Assembly: GCA_028286725.1 (NCBI GenBank)
Contig: JAQBQZ010000002.1
Location: forward strand, 18,241-82,240
Direction of reading: 5' to 3'
Source of the DNA: Candidatus Tayloriibacteriota bacterium
GTDB lineage: Bacteria; Patescibacteriota; Minisyncoccia; Phycocordibacterales; CAIRYW01
Length of the DNA stretch: 64,000 nucleotides
Part shown: one piece after another, positions 1 through 8,670 of the stretch
Layout of the letters: every line of letters begins with the position of its first letter
Position numbering within the stretch: the stretch's first letter is position 1
The notes under the pieces: model-generated
Told to the model about the DNA's origin: nothing
The model's input: the letters and a program-made list of their open reading frames with translations, nothing else
The model's database searches: none
Translations under genes and position numbers: made by a program

Positions 1-145
1 TTACTTTAAGGAAATGGTGCTTCTCGAACAGCCTTTCATCAAAGATGATAGTGTGACTGTTGCGACAAAGATTTCTAATGCGATCCAGAAGTTTGGTGAA
101 AAAGTAGTAGTAGGTAAGTTTGCTAGATTTTCAACTAAAGCTTAA
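1..145 (+). CDS. tsf: Elongation factor Ts, C-terminal fragment (5' end lies outside the window)
   Basis: Frame starting at position 2 translates to ...MVLLEQPFIKDDSVTVATKISNAIQKFGEKVVVGKFARFSTKA*. This matches the conserved EF-Ts C-terminus (LLEQPFVKD ... IGENIVVRRFARFE). Stop TAA at 143-145. Confidence 0.6.
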   Translation, partial: YFKEMVLLEQPFIKDDSVTVATKISNAIQKFGEKVVVGKFARFSTKA

Positions 146-150
146 ACCAT

Positions 151-513
151 ATGTTCACTTCAATCACTTTCTTTGTGTCCCTTGTAGGAATTGTCTTCCT
201 TTTTTGGAATAAAAAAAGAGAGCTTGAAGGGGGGCGGGCATTTGTTGATATCTCGCATGTTAATGAGCATTCTTTTAAAACAAAGATGAAGGATGTGGGA
301 CAATCTGCCAAAGAGATGCCAAAGAAAATGGCGAACGTTGCTGCATTTCTTGCAGTAAAGCAGGGAGTTAAAACATTTGAAAAAGTTAAAGAAGTAGTGT
401 ATCCTAAGATATCTCATATAGTTGATGCGGTTAAGGGACGAGATATTCCAAAGAACAGAGGTTCTGTGTCACTCTTCTTAAAGCACATAGAGGACTATCG
501 AGAGACAAAATAA
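151..513 (+). CDS. Hypothetical protein with N-terminal transmembrane helix
   Basis: 120-aa ORF with an N-terminal hydrophobic segment and a lysine-rich remainder. It begins right after the tsf stop. No recognisable motif. Confidence 0.45.
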   Translation: MFTSITFFVSLVGIVFLFWNKKRELEGGRAFVDISHVNEHSFKTKMKDVGQSAKEMPKKMANVAAFLAVKQGVKTFEKVKEVVYPKISHIVDAVKGRDIPKNRGSVSLFLKHIEDYRETK

Positions 514-518
514 ATATT

Positions 519-594
519 GCCGCCTTAGCTCAGTTGGTAGAGCTACACTTTTGTAAAGTGAGGGTCCCCAGTTCGAGTCTGGGAGGCGGCTCCA
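519..594 (+). tRNA. tRNA-Thr (anticodon UGU)
   Basis: 76-nt cloverleaf: acceptor GCCGCCT/AGGCGGC, D-arm GCTC/GAGC, anticodon stem with loop TT-TGT-AA (anticodon TGT), T-arm CCCAG-TTCGAGT-CTGGG, discriminator T, encoded CCA. Confidence 0.85.
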
Positions 595-597
595 TAT

Positions 598-636
598 AAA
601 AAATCCCCGGTGCAGAAATGCATTGGGGATTTTTTA
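598..636 (+). terminator. Rho-independent terminator after tRNA-Thr
   Basis: aaaatcccc GGTGCAGAAATGCATT ggggatttt: 9-bp stem enclosing an inner tgca-GAAA-tgca hairpin, followed by a T-run. Confidence 0.6.
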
Positions 637-858
637 TATGGAGCGCCTAGCTCATGAGACAAAGTCTCATGAGCGTCCCAGACGATAGTCTGGGAGGTGA
701 GGTCGGGATAGGGACCCGACCGCAAGACCTTTTGAGTCTAAAATTGATTTTAAGAAAATTTTAGCCAAAAGGTGTACTGAACCTGTAAGGTTGCGAAAGT
801 TATTTGTATTTCTGTGGGTAGCAGAATTTAGTCGAGGTCGAGATTCTGAGAGAAGTGT

Positions 859-1449
859 TTAAACGCTTGGATTGATTATGTTTTTTCTCCTAAAATAACA
901 AATTGTAAAAACAGTGATATTTGAAAGGGTAAGAACAGAAAGATAAGTAATTGTTAAAAAATTATACTCTGCACTTGCAACAATTGTCATAAATGCAGTG
1001 AGTGCCATAAGTGCCCAGTATGACAACGTTTCACTCCAAGGCTCTGTCCATGATTTTCTGTAAGTTGGTATATATCCCAATCCATCAATTGCTGAAACTA
1101 AAAACACCGAGAGGAATGGATTTTTTAACTGCCACCAAGCAACTACTGCAAATAAGGCAATGATAAGACATAAGGTGTCATTTCGTGTAATATTTTTGGT
1201 TCCATATTTAAAACAAAGAAGAAAAACAAGAATCACAAGTATTGTTCCAGTAACTAAACTGAGTACCGCAAAGCTACCTCCACCGTACCAAAGTGCGAGA
1301 GTGGCAGTACTTTGTGTCATTGCCCATATAAGCCATGTATAAATGTGAGGTCTTGTCATTTTATTAAAAATATCTTTGAAGTAAGGAATAAAACCGATAA
1401 TGGTAATTATTGCCGCAAGGACGGAGAGAGCGAGTTTAAAATCTAACAT
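859..1449 (-). CDS. Polytopic integral membrane protein (about 6 TM), function unknown
   Basis: 196-aa ORF made almost entirely of hydrophobic helices. It sits next to the glycosyltransferase/deacetylase cluster. Confidence 0.6.
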   Translation of the reverse strand: MLDFKLALSVLAAIITIIGFIPYFKDIFNKMTRPHIYTWLIWAMTQSTATLALWYGGGSFAVLSLVTGTILVILVFLLCFKYGTKNITRNDTLCLIIALFAVVAWWQLKNPFLSVFLVSAIDGLGYIPTYRKSWTEPWSETLSYWALMALTAFMTIVASAEYNFLTITYLSVLTLSNITVFTICYFRRKNIINPSV

Positions 1450-1502
1450 TGGTTAAGTATATCAAAGGTTTCAAAATCAGTCTCTCATGCTAAAATATCT
1501 CC

Positions 1503-2327
1503 ATGTCTAAACTTTTATTAGCTCTATTTGTTTTCCTTTCCTTGTTCAATCCTGTCTCCGCATCATCCGATATGTCCACCACAACTCTCATCCTCGCTCC
1601 ACACTTCGATGATGCGGTCTTGCCACTAGGAGGTCTCTTGTCAAAAACGGATGACGATAAGGTTGTTGTCACCGTTTTCTCAGGCAAGCCAGAAATTGTA
1701 AAGAAAACCTGGTGGGATTTCGTATCGGGATTTCTTTCGAGTGATACAGCTATTTCAATACGTACTGAAGAGAATGCTAATGCATTAAAAGTTTTTGGTA
1801 CAACAGAAATCAATCTAGGATTTCTTGATGGTCAATATAGAAAGGCGAGTACAACAGCTGAAACAAAAGAGAAAGTAAAGGGAAAAGTAATTGAGCTTAT
1901 AACTAATGAGTCAAAAAACGGACATCTTGATGTTTATTTTCCAGCGTATTTTGGGACAAAGATCACACACAAGGATCATTTGATGGTGCATGATATTGTT
2001 CTTGATTTAATCAAATCCGGCGAGTTTCCGAATGTTTCTTGGTACATGTTTGAGGACATGCCTTATACGCTTGTGTACTACAAGAAACATAAAGAGGATT
2101 TGTTTGATTATCTAAAAGAATCTCTGCCAGACTTTACGTTGACCTTAAAAGAAATCGCGCTTAGGGATACGGATCTCGATACACAGATGAAGTCCATTTT
2201 AAATTACACCTCGCAAGTAAAAGCTTTTAAATTTATTGGTAATCCGCTTGTGCGAGTAATTGAATTTGCAAAGAAGCATTGTGAGAATGGTCCATGTGAA
2301 AAGGTGTATAAGGTAGAGAAGAAATAA
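1503..2327 (+). CDS. LmbE/PIG-L family N-acetylglucosaminyl deacetylase, secreted
   Basis: N-terminal signal peptide, then LILAPHFDDAVLPLGG, the PIG-L/LmbE (HxDD) zinc-deacetylase motif. 274 aa. Confidence 0.75.
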   Translation: MSKLLLALFVFLSLFNPVSASSDMSTTTLILAPHFDDAVLPLGGLLSKTDDDKVVVTVFSGKPEIVKKTWWDFVSGFLSSDTAISIRTEENANALKVFGTTEINLGFLDGQYRKASTTAETKEKVKGKVIELITNESKNGHLDVYFPAYFGTKITHKDHLMVHDIVLDLIKSGEFPNVSWYMFEDMPYTLVYYKKHKEDLFDYLKESLPDFTLTLKEIALRDTDLDTQMKSILNYTSQVKAFKFIGNPLVRVIEFAKKHCENGPCEKVYKVEKK

Positions 2328-2362
2328 AAAAGCACCGCGGCGTAGCCGCGGTGCTTTTTTAT
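2325..2362. terminator. Bidirectional rho-independent terminator, GCACCGCGGCGTAGCCGCGGTGC family
   Basis: A-run, then perfect hairpin gcaccgcggc-GTAG-ccgcggtgc, then T6. It lies between convergent genes 1503..2327(+) and 2366..3064(-). Confidence 0.7.
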
Positions 2363-2365
2363 TTG

Positions 2366-3064
2366 TTACTTCTTTATCGTGGCGGTAGTTGTTGTTGCTA
2401 CTTTTGCATCCTTTGGATACTTTGCCTTGATGATCTTCTCGAGACTGTCCTTGTCCTGTGGCCATTCAATCGCTTTACCGTCTATTACAATCGCGGGCAG
2501 ATCGTCTTTGATCTTTGAGATAGTGATAAGAGTTTTGAGTGCTGAGAGGTCTAGGTTGTAATCAAAAGAGTACACTCGGAGCTCTGGATACTTCTCTCTA
2601 AGATAAGTAAGTATTGTACTTGCCTTATCGCAGTCAGGACATTTAGTGCTATTTGCATAGAAATAGAGTGCGAACACAAACTGCTTGTTGCATCGCTGAG
2701 ACAATCTTTTCATGAGGAGGTAATCTTTGATTTCAAGAAGCGAATACGCTTTCTTAAGCTGGAGTACTTCTTCATCTGCATTACTTATATTTTTCTCACT
2801 ATATTCGATTCGAGACGCAAGGGAATTGAGCTCGCTTGAAAGCATTGAACTGCCCACATCGTCACAATCTATGTCCGAAAGGAGGGAGACTTGAGTCTCA
2901 GAAGACATAATGTTAGTTGAGATCGATTCCTGGATTGATTTGATCTCATCTATTCTTTTGTTATTGAAATAACTACTCGCGTAGATTGCAGTGCCAAATA
3001 TTGTTGCAGTGATAAAAAAAGTGATGACATACTTTTTCCAATCGATGTGTTTATTTTGTTCCAT
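2366..3064 (-). CDS. Membrane-anchored thioredoxin-fold protein with CxxC (CPDC) motif
   Basis: N-terminal TM helix. C-terminal YFYANSTKCPDCDKA...VYSFDYN resembles a thioredoxin/DsbA-like fold with a CPDC redox motif. Co-oriented with, and 24 nt downstream of, the GT2 gene. Confidence 0.6.
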   Translation of the reverse strand: MEQNKHIDWKKYVITFFITATIFGTAIYASSYFNNKRIDEIKSIQESISTNIMSSETQVSLLSDIDCDDVGSSMLSSELNSLASRIEYSEKNISNADEEVLQLKKAYSLLEIKDYLLMKRLSQRCNKQFVFALYFYANSTKCPDCDKASTILTYLREKYPELRVYSFDYNLDLSALKTLITISKIKDDLPAIVIDGKAIEWPQDKDSLEKIIKAKYPKDAKVATTTTATIKK

Positions 3065-3088
3065 TGTATTTTAATTAATGACTATTGA

Positions 3089-4336
3089 TTATCTCCATGG
3101 CGCATGTACTCCTTTGATATTGTTATACACTGATTTCATAAGCCAAAACGGCGTTATAAATGAATAAAGGAAGATAAAGTAAAACATTTCAAGAGAAATA
3201 CTCCATTTGCCATAGACAGTTCTATATCCGTACATTATAAGGCTTATAATGAAAAATATAAGAGTGACGGTCATTATTGATAATACACTCGTATCGATAA
3301 AAAACCAACTAAAATCAAATTGGGGCGCTGAGAATCCAACGGTAAGTATTTTTTGAATCGCCTCGATCACCTGGATTGAAATCTTGTAGAGAGAGATAGT
3401 GATCGTAACAAGAGACATTAAAATACCAAATAATGCAAAAGGGAGAACGATAAGCCCAAGGTCGCCGTGTTTTTTATTGAGGAGCATGTCCCGATAATCT
3501 ATTAAGTTGCCAAGAAATCCGCTGACCCAACGCACTCTTTGTTTGTACAGTTTTTTGATTGTGTCTGGGCCTACGGTAAACACGAGTGCGGTTGGTTCAT
3601 TCACGATAAGCATATGATTCTTCTGCATTCGCATCGCCATTTCCATATCTTCAGTATTGTGTGCGTGTTTGTATGGGCCAATCTTTTCAAACACTTCTTT
3701 TCGGAAAAAGGAGAACGGTCCAGGAGTAATATGGATCGCTCCGATAGATCCGTATGCTTTTCGCATAAAGTTTCCGTAGCTGTATTCTGCTCGCTGCATT
3801 TTGCGAAGAATATTTGATGGCTTTTCGATGATCATTGATGGAGTAACGGCCATTACCTCGGGATCTGTAAATCGACGCATGATGAATTTTAGTGCATTTT
3901 TTTCAACGAAAGAATCGGCATCAAGACATCCAATAAAATCAGTTTTCATTCTTTCGATACCAAAATTAAGTGCTGTAAATTTACCGCCGTTTGGCTTTGA
4001 GTGAACCTCAACGATTGGATGACCCTTGAATTTCTGCAGAGCTTCAAGTGATTTGTCGGTACTTCCATCATCTATGACCATGATGTGGAGTTTGTCCTTT
4101 GGATAATCGAGGTTCAAAAGTGATTCGATGGTATCGACGATCGTTGTTTCTTCATTCCAAATAGGGATGAGGATTGTGACGGGAGGGTAGAAATATTCGA
4201 GGTTGGAAGAGAGTTTACGCTTCTTTTTTGATTCAAAAAGGGAAATCAAAAGAAATACCTCAAAGTAGAGGGAGAAAAAGATGACGCTCGTGCCAATGAT
4301 ATTCACGATAGTTTGCATTCGAGCATTATACATCAA
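3089..4336 (-). CDS. Processive family-2 glycosyltransferase (PgaC/IcaA/NodC/cellulose-synthase-like), integral membrane
   Basis: Two N-terminal TM helices. GT-A domain with DDGSTD (DxD), LDADS, TED and the Q(R)VRW processivity motif, then 4 C-terminal TM helices. Confidence 0.8.
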   Translation of the reverse strand: MMYNARMQTIVNIIGTSVIFFSLYFEVFLLISLFESKKKRKLSSNLEYFYPPVTILIPIWNEETTIVDTIESLLNLDYPKDKLHIMVIDDGSTDKSLEALQKFKGHPIVEVHSKPNGGKFTALNFGIERMKTDFIGCLDADSFVEKNALKFIMRRFTDPEVMAVTPSMIIEKPSNILRKMQRAEYSYGNFMRKAYGSIGAIHITPGPFSFFRKEVFEKIGPYKHAHNTEDMEMAMRMQKNHMLIVNEPTALVFTVGPDTIKKLYKQRVRWVSGFLGNLIDYRDMLLNKKHGDLGLIVLPFALFGILMSLVTITISLYKISIQVIEAIQKILTVGFSAPQFDFSWFFIDTSVLSIMTVTLIFFIISLIMYGYRTVYGKWSISLEMFYFIFLYSFITPFWLMKSVYNNIKGVHAPWR

Positions 4337-4455
4337 AAAATGTATTTAGTATATAGTATTTGGTGGAGATTAAATATGTAAAAATAGTTTAGCTTTACTC
4401 GTTTTTTGATTCACACTATCTTTAAAGACAAGGTTTTTTAAGTTATAATATTCTT

Positions 4456-7400
4456 ATGTCGATCCATAAATCACAAAAGCAATTTGCTAATTATAGATTT
4501 ATTTCTCCTGTGATGATTTTTATGATGATCCTCTTTGCTGTTGGAGGAGTTTTTTCTTTTCCAAAGATCGTAAGTGCGGATACTCAAATATCATCTTGTC
4601 AGACTATTACTAATCCGGGTACATATACATTAACGGCAAATATTACTTCCACCAACAATTGTTTTTTTATACAAACAGACGGAGTTACTATTGATGGTAA
4701 TGGATATACACTTACGGTTAATGCAGGAACTTCAATATATGCAGCAGGAGATTCAAACCATCGTGATGGATATTCTGTTTCTATCAGAAACATAAGGATT
4801 GATACCTCATCAGCTATTTCAGTTATTTCGAGTGCTGCTAGTGTTGATGGTGATAATGTGGCCGGCGCTAATGGTGGATCTATAGCAATTGATAATTCAT
4901 ATATAGGTGGTCAAATAATATCTAATGGATCCAATGCTGATAATGCTACTAATAATGCCTATAATGGTGGGAGTGGCGGTACAATTACTATTTCAAATTC
5001 TACAATCTCTGGATATATTTCTACTAATGGTGGTAATGGAAGCCCTGGAGCTTCAGGGTATTCACCTGGTGATTCTGGTCAACCGGGCGGTACTGGTGGA
5101 AATGGAGGGTCTATTATTTTTAATCATGTAACTGTAGGTCAAAGTCCGCCTATTGATAATTATGGTGGTGCTGGAGGTAATGGTGGGAGTGGAGCATCCG
5201 GCGCTAATGGAGTTGATGGTTTTAATTGTGACCCTAACATAGATTGTTTTGGTGGAGATGGTGGTACAGGTCAGCAAGGAGGTAATGGTGCTAGTGGTGG
5301 TGCCGGTGGCAATGCTGGATCTTACACTTCTGATAATTCAAATCCAATTTATTATGTGCATCAATCAAATGGTGGTGCAGGTGGTTTACCTGGTAATGGA
5401 GCTAATGGAGGATCTGGAGGGCCAGGAGGTAGTGCAGGATGCGATGAGAATGGAAACTGTGGAACAAGTGGAAATCCTGGTAATCCAGGAAATCCTGGTA
5501 ATCCAGGATCATCTTCCGGAGCTACAGGTTCTGCGGGTGCTTTTATTGAAAATGACACTCAAAATAATGCCGATTCACCTCCAGTATTACAAAGTGCTTC
5601 TCTAAATAGAAATATTCTTACTTTGACTTTTGATCAGGTATTGAACGCAAGTGTCTCTCCAATAGCTACGGATATTTCGATTAGGGGCCCTCAAAGTTGT
5701 AATGGGACAAGTGCTTCAGTGGTCGGAGCGACCGTTGTTGTTACTTTTTCGTGTTCTGTTGTGTACGGAGATTCTAATATTTTGATGAGTTATTCTGATA
5801 ATACGCATTGGATAGAAGATCCTTCTTTACATAATGTAACAGGTTTTTCAGATCAATCTGTTACAAATAGTACACCTGCTCCTCGAACATTATATTTTAA
5901 CGCAAACGCAGATGGTACTTGGGATAATCCATCAAACTGGTTTACAGATTCAAGTTTTACAACTCCTGCAGGATCTATCCCAGAAAATGAGGACACTGCT
6001 TATATCGAAAATAATGTTACCACTAGGCCAAGTGCTTCTGTTACATTGGCTAATCTAAATATAGCTCAAGCCAATCCATACAGTTTAAGTAGTATTGCTC
6101 TTGAAACAGGGCCTTATGTATCAGTCACTGGTACGACAACTGTTGGAACTGTAGGATTTATTTCTGGTGTAACTCTTGCGAGTAATATTGTATTTAGTGG
6201 CAATAGTTATATTGCGGGCGGCACAACCATTACTGGTAATGCTGTATTTAACGATTCAAGTTCCGTTATTGATGTGTCTGGGACAATCGATGGTAGTGCT
6301 ACTTTCTATGGCGATCTTACAGAAAATCACGGGACTGTATCTGGAACTAAAACCCGTATGTACACTGCTTCTACAACTGTGACAAGAAATTTTGTCACAG
6401 ATAGTCCATGGACTGTCGTCGCTAGTGGAACTGGAGTGTTTGTGAATATTATTAATGCTACATACGACAATACAACAACTTTTGTTGAACAAAATGGAGG
6501 AAAATTTATATACTCAATTCCAGATGCTCCAGGTATTCCGGCACTATCTGCTGACGGTACTCATACGAGCACCACAACTCCACAATTTTCTATCACTTGT
6601 ACAGATGGGGATACGGTAACATTGGAAGATGACGATAATGCTGATGCCGCAGTAGCAACAGGGCTGTGTTCTGATGGGGCAATAGATTTAACTGTGTCTA
6701 CACCACTTGGTGTTGGTCAGTATCATTATAAAGCTATGCAAAGTATAGGTAGCGTTCAATCCAGTCCATCATCAGTATTTCAATTTAATGTTGATACTCC
6801 AACCGACACCACCCCTCCTGCATCTCCATCTTCTTTCTCTGCAAACGCATCAGGAAGTAATATTGGATTAACATGGACTAATTCAACTGATCTCGACCTC
6901 TTTTCAATTACGATTCGTCGAGATACGACAAGCTACCCCACGCTCATCACAGATGGAACACTTGTAGTTCAAGGAAGTACGAACACATCATACTCAGACA
7001 CAAATCTTTCAAACGGAACGTATTACTACAGTATCTTTTCATTAGACACATCAAACAATGTTTCTACTGCTTCACATGCATCTGCAACGGTGAATGTTGC
7101 TGTCTCATCAGGTGGAGGTGGAGGAGGTTCTGGTTACAATTCAAACTACACTCGTATTCTCTCTTCAGAATCATCTACTCCATCAATACCACAAAAACCG
7201 GCGTTCACTCCTTCAACCAATCCTTTGCCTTCTTCATTTACCTTTACCAAAACTGAAACCCTTGGAAACACTAATCCTGAAGTCAAAAACCTCCAAATCT
7301 TCCTCAATGCACAAGGATACATTGTTTCAAAGACAGGGGTAGGATCTAAAGGTAAAGAAACAACAAAGTTTGGACCTGCTACCAAAGCTGCTCTCATTAA

Positions 7401-7491
7401 ATTCCAGAAGGATCATCATATCAAGCCTGCAGTGGGGTATTTTGGACCGGTGACGAAATCATTCATTAACTCAGTGCTGAAGGAGAAGTAG
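4456..7491 (+). CDS. Giant secreted/cell-surface protein: beta-helix-like N-terminus, Gly-rich repeats, FN3-like module, C-terminal PG_binding_1 domain
   Basis: 1011 aa with an N-terminal TM/signal sequence. Contains GNGGSGASGANG and GNPGNPGNPGNPG repeats, an FN3-like segment (LTWTNSTDLD...YYYSIFSLD), and a C-terminal NPEVKNLQIFLNAQGYIVSKTGVGSKGKETTKFGPATKAALIKFQ peptidoglycan-binding-like fold. Confidence 0.7.
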   Translation: MSIHKSQKQFANYRFISPVMIFMMILFAVGGVFSFPKIVSADTQISSCQTITNPGTYTLTANITSTNNCFFIQTDGVTIDGNGYTLTVNAGTSIYAAGDSNHRDGYSVSIRNIRIDTSSAISVISSAASVDGDNVAGANGGSIAIDNSYIGGQIISNGSNADNATNNAYNGGSGGTITISNSTISGYISTNGGNGSPGASGYSPGDSGQPGGTGGNGGSIIFNHVTVGQSPPIDNYGGAGGNGGSGASGANGVDGFNCDPNIDCFGGDGGTGQQGGNGASGGAGGNAGSYTSDNSNPIYYVHQSNGGAGGLPGNGANGGSGGPGGSAGCDENGNCGTSGNPGNPGNPGNPGSSSGATGSAGAFIENDTQNNADSPPVLQSASLNRNILTLTFDQVLNASVSPIATDISIRGPQSCNGTSASVVGATVVVTFSCSVVYGDSNILMSYSDNTHWIEDPSLHNVTGFSDQSVTNSTPAPRTLYFNANADGTWDNPSNWFTDSSFTTPAGSIPENEDTAYIENNVTTRPSASVTLANLNIAQANPYSLSSIALETGPYVSVTGTTTVGTVGFISGVTLASNIVFSGNSYIAGGTTITGNAVFNDSSSVIDVSGTIDGSATFYGDLTENHGTVSGTKTRMYTASTTVTRNFVTDSPWTVVASGTGVFVNIINATYDNTTTFVEQNGGKFIYSIPDAPGIPALSADGTHTSTTTPQFSITCTDGDTVTLEDDDNADAAVATGLCSDGAIDLTVSTPLGVGQYHYKAMQSIGSVQSSPSSVFQFNVDTPTDTTPPASPSSFSANASGSNIGLTWTNSTDLDLFSITIRRDTTSYPTLITDGTLVVQGSTNTSYSDTNLSNGTYYYSIFSLDTSNNVSTASHASATVNVAVSSGGGGGGSGYNSNYTRILSSESSTPSIPQKPAFTPSTNPLPSSFTFTKTETLGNTNPEVKNLQIFLNAQGYIVSKTGVGSKGKETTKFGPATKAALIKFQKDHHIKPAVGYFGPVTKSFINSVLKEK

Positions 7492-7544
7492 GTTAAAATG
7501 CGTCAGTGGCTTTTTTGGCATTTTTCGCTATAATTTAACGATAT

Positions 7545-8282
7545 ATGCAGGAACCAAATCAAAAAGGTTATTATCATCTCATTACGCAAGCGGTTCAAGA
7601 AATTTCAGATATCTTCAACGAGATTGGATTTTCTATTGTTGAAGGTCCCGAGGTAGAAACTGATCACTATAACTTTGAAGCACTTAATTTTCCTGCCGAT
7701 CATCCTGCGCGAGATATGCAGGATACTTTCTGGTTGAAACCAGAAAGTATAGTCGAAAGTGAAAAGTCTAAAGTTGAAAGTGGAGATGCAAAATTACTTC
7801 GTACTCACACTTCTCCAATGCAGATTCGATACATGGAAACTCATAAACCTCCAATGGCGATCATTGTGCCTGGAAAAGTATTTCGAAATGAAGCGACAGA
7901 TGCGACTCACGAAGCACAATTCCATCAATTCGAAGGACTCTTTGTAGACAAGATAGTTTCTATGGCAGATCTCAAAGGTGTGCTTACCCATTTTTTCAAA
8001 AAATATTTTGGAGAAGATGCAGAGATACGATTTCGACCAAGTTTTTTCCCTTTCGTTGAACCTGGGGTGGAAGTAGATATGCAATGGAAAGGCAAGTGGT
8101 TGGAGATGATGGGTGCTGGACTCATCCATCCCAATGTACTTGAAGCATCTGGAGTGGATTCGACCAAATGGCAGGGATTTGCATTCGGAGGAGGAATTGA
8201 CAGGCTTCTGGCGGTCAAATATGAACTTAATGATATTCGAGAACTTTATACAGCGGACCTTAGATTTGTTAATCAATTCTAG
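7545..8282 (+). CDS. pheS: Phenylalanine--tRNA ligase alpha subunit (short form lacking N-terminal extension)
   Basis: Class II aaRS motifs: [51 protein letters not shown]. Confidence 0.85.
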   Translation: MQEPNQKGYYHLITQAVQEISDIFNEIGFSIVEGPEVETDHYNFEALNFPADHPARDMQDTFWLKPESIVESEKSKVESGDAKLLRTHTSPMQIRYMETHKPPMAIIVPGKVFRNEATDATHEAQFHQFEGLFVDKIVSMADLKGVLTHFFKKYFGEDAEIRFRPSFFPFVEPGVEVDMQWKGKWLEMMGAGLIHPNVLEASGVDSTKWQGFAFGGGIDRLLAVKYELNDIRELYTADLRFVNQF

Positions 8283-8335
8283 ATAAATCAAAGATTACAA
8301 ATCAAAAAGCAAAAATTTAATTAAATTAATTCAAA

Positions 8336-8665
8336 ATGAAAAATCTTTTATTAAATGAACATTTTTCTTGGGGGATGGTGGTATTTTTTATCCTTCTTGC
8401 ATACGTGATCATTTCTGTCGTTGAATATGTTAGAGGTGCTCATCATCGAAGGTTTGGATATTGGTTTTCAAAACTCGGTCACGATGGGGCAAAGCGATTC
8501 ATTAATTGGCCTGTGTCCCTCAAAGGGCATGTCTTTGGTATTGTGTCGTTCGTTGTTGGGGCAGCCATCATTCTTTATATAAACGATATTAGAATTGAAG
8601 CTTCGGTACTTATACTTTGGATCATTATCAACATTATGGTGTCACACAAAAAATCAGCAAAATAA
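8336..8665 (+). CDS. Small membrane protein (about 3 TM) inserted between pheS and pheT
   Basis: 109-aa ORF with three hydrophobic helices. It fills the pheS-pheT gap exactly: stop at 8665, pheT ATG at 8671. Confidence 0.5.
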   Translation: MKNLLLNEHFSWGMVVFFILLAYVIISVVEYVRGAHHRRFGYWFSKLGHDGAKRFINWPVSLKGHVFGIVSFVVGAAIILYINDIRIEASVLILWIIINIMVSHKKSAK

Positions 8666-8670
8666 AAGTT

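Noticed and set aside
677-725. Possible SRP/4.5S RNA domain IV (GGUGAGGUCGGG...)
   Set aside because: Only a 9-nt partial match to the CAGGUCAGGUCC consensus. The apical loop (AUAGGGA) is not the conserved GGAA tetraloop and lacks the AGCAGCC motif.
4599-7397. Multiple 60-120 aa ORFs in alternative frames or antisense inside the giant surface-protein gene (for example 5249..5605, 5361..5558, 6256..6492)
   Set aside because: They overlap a well-supported long CDS. Their compositions (PGLPGFPG runs, M/V/L strings) are frame-shifted reflections of the Gly-rich repeat coding sequence.
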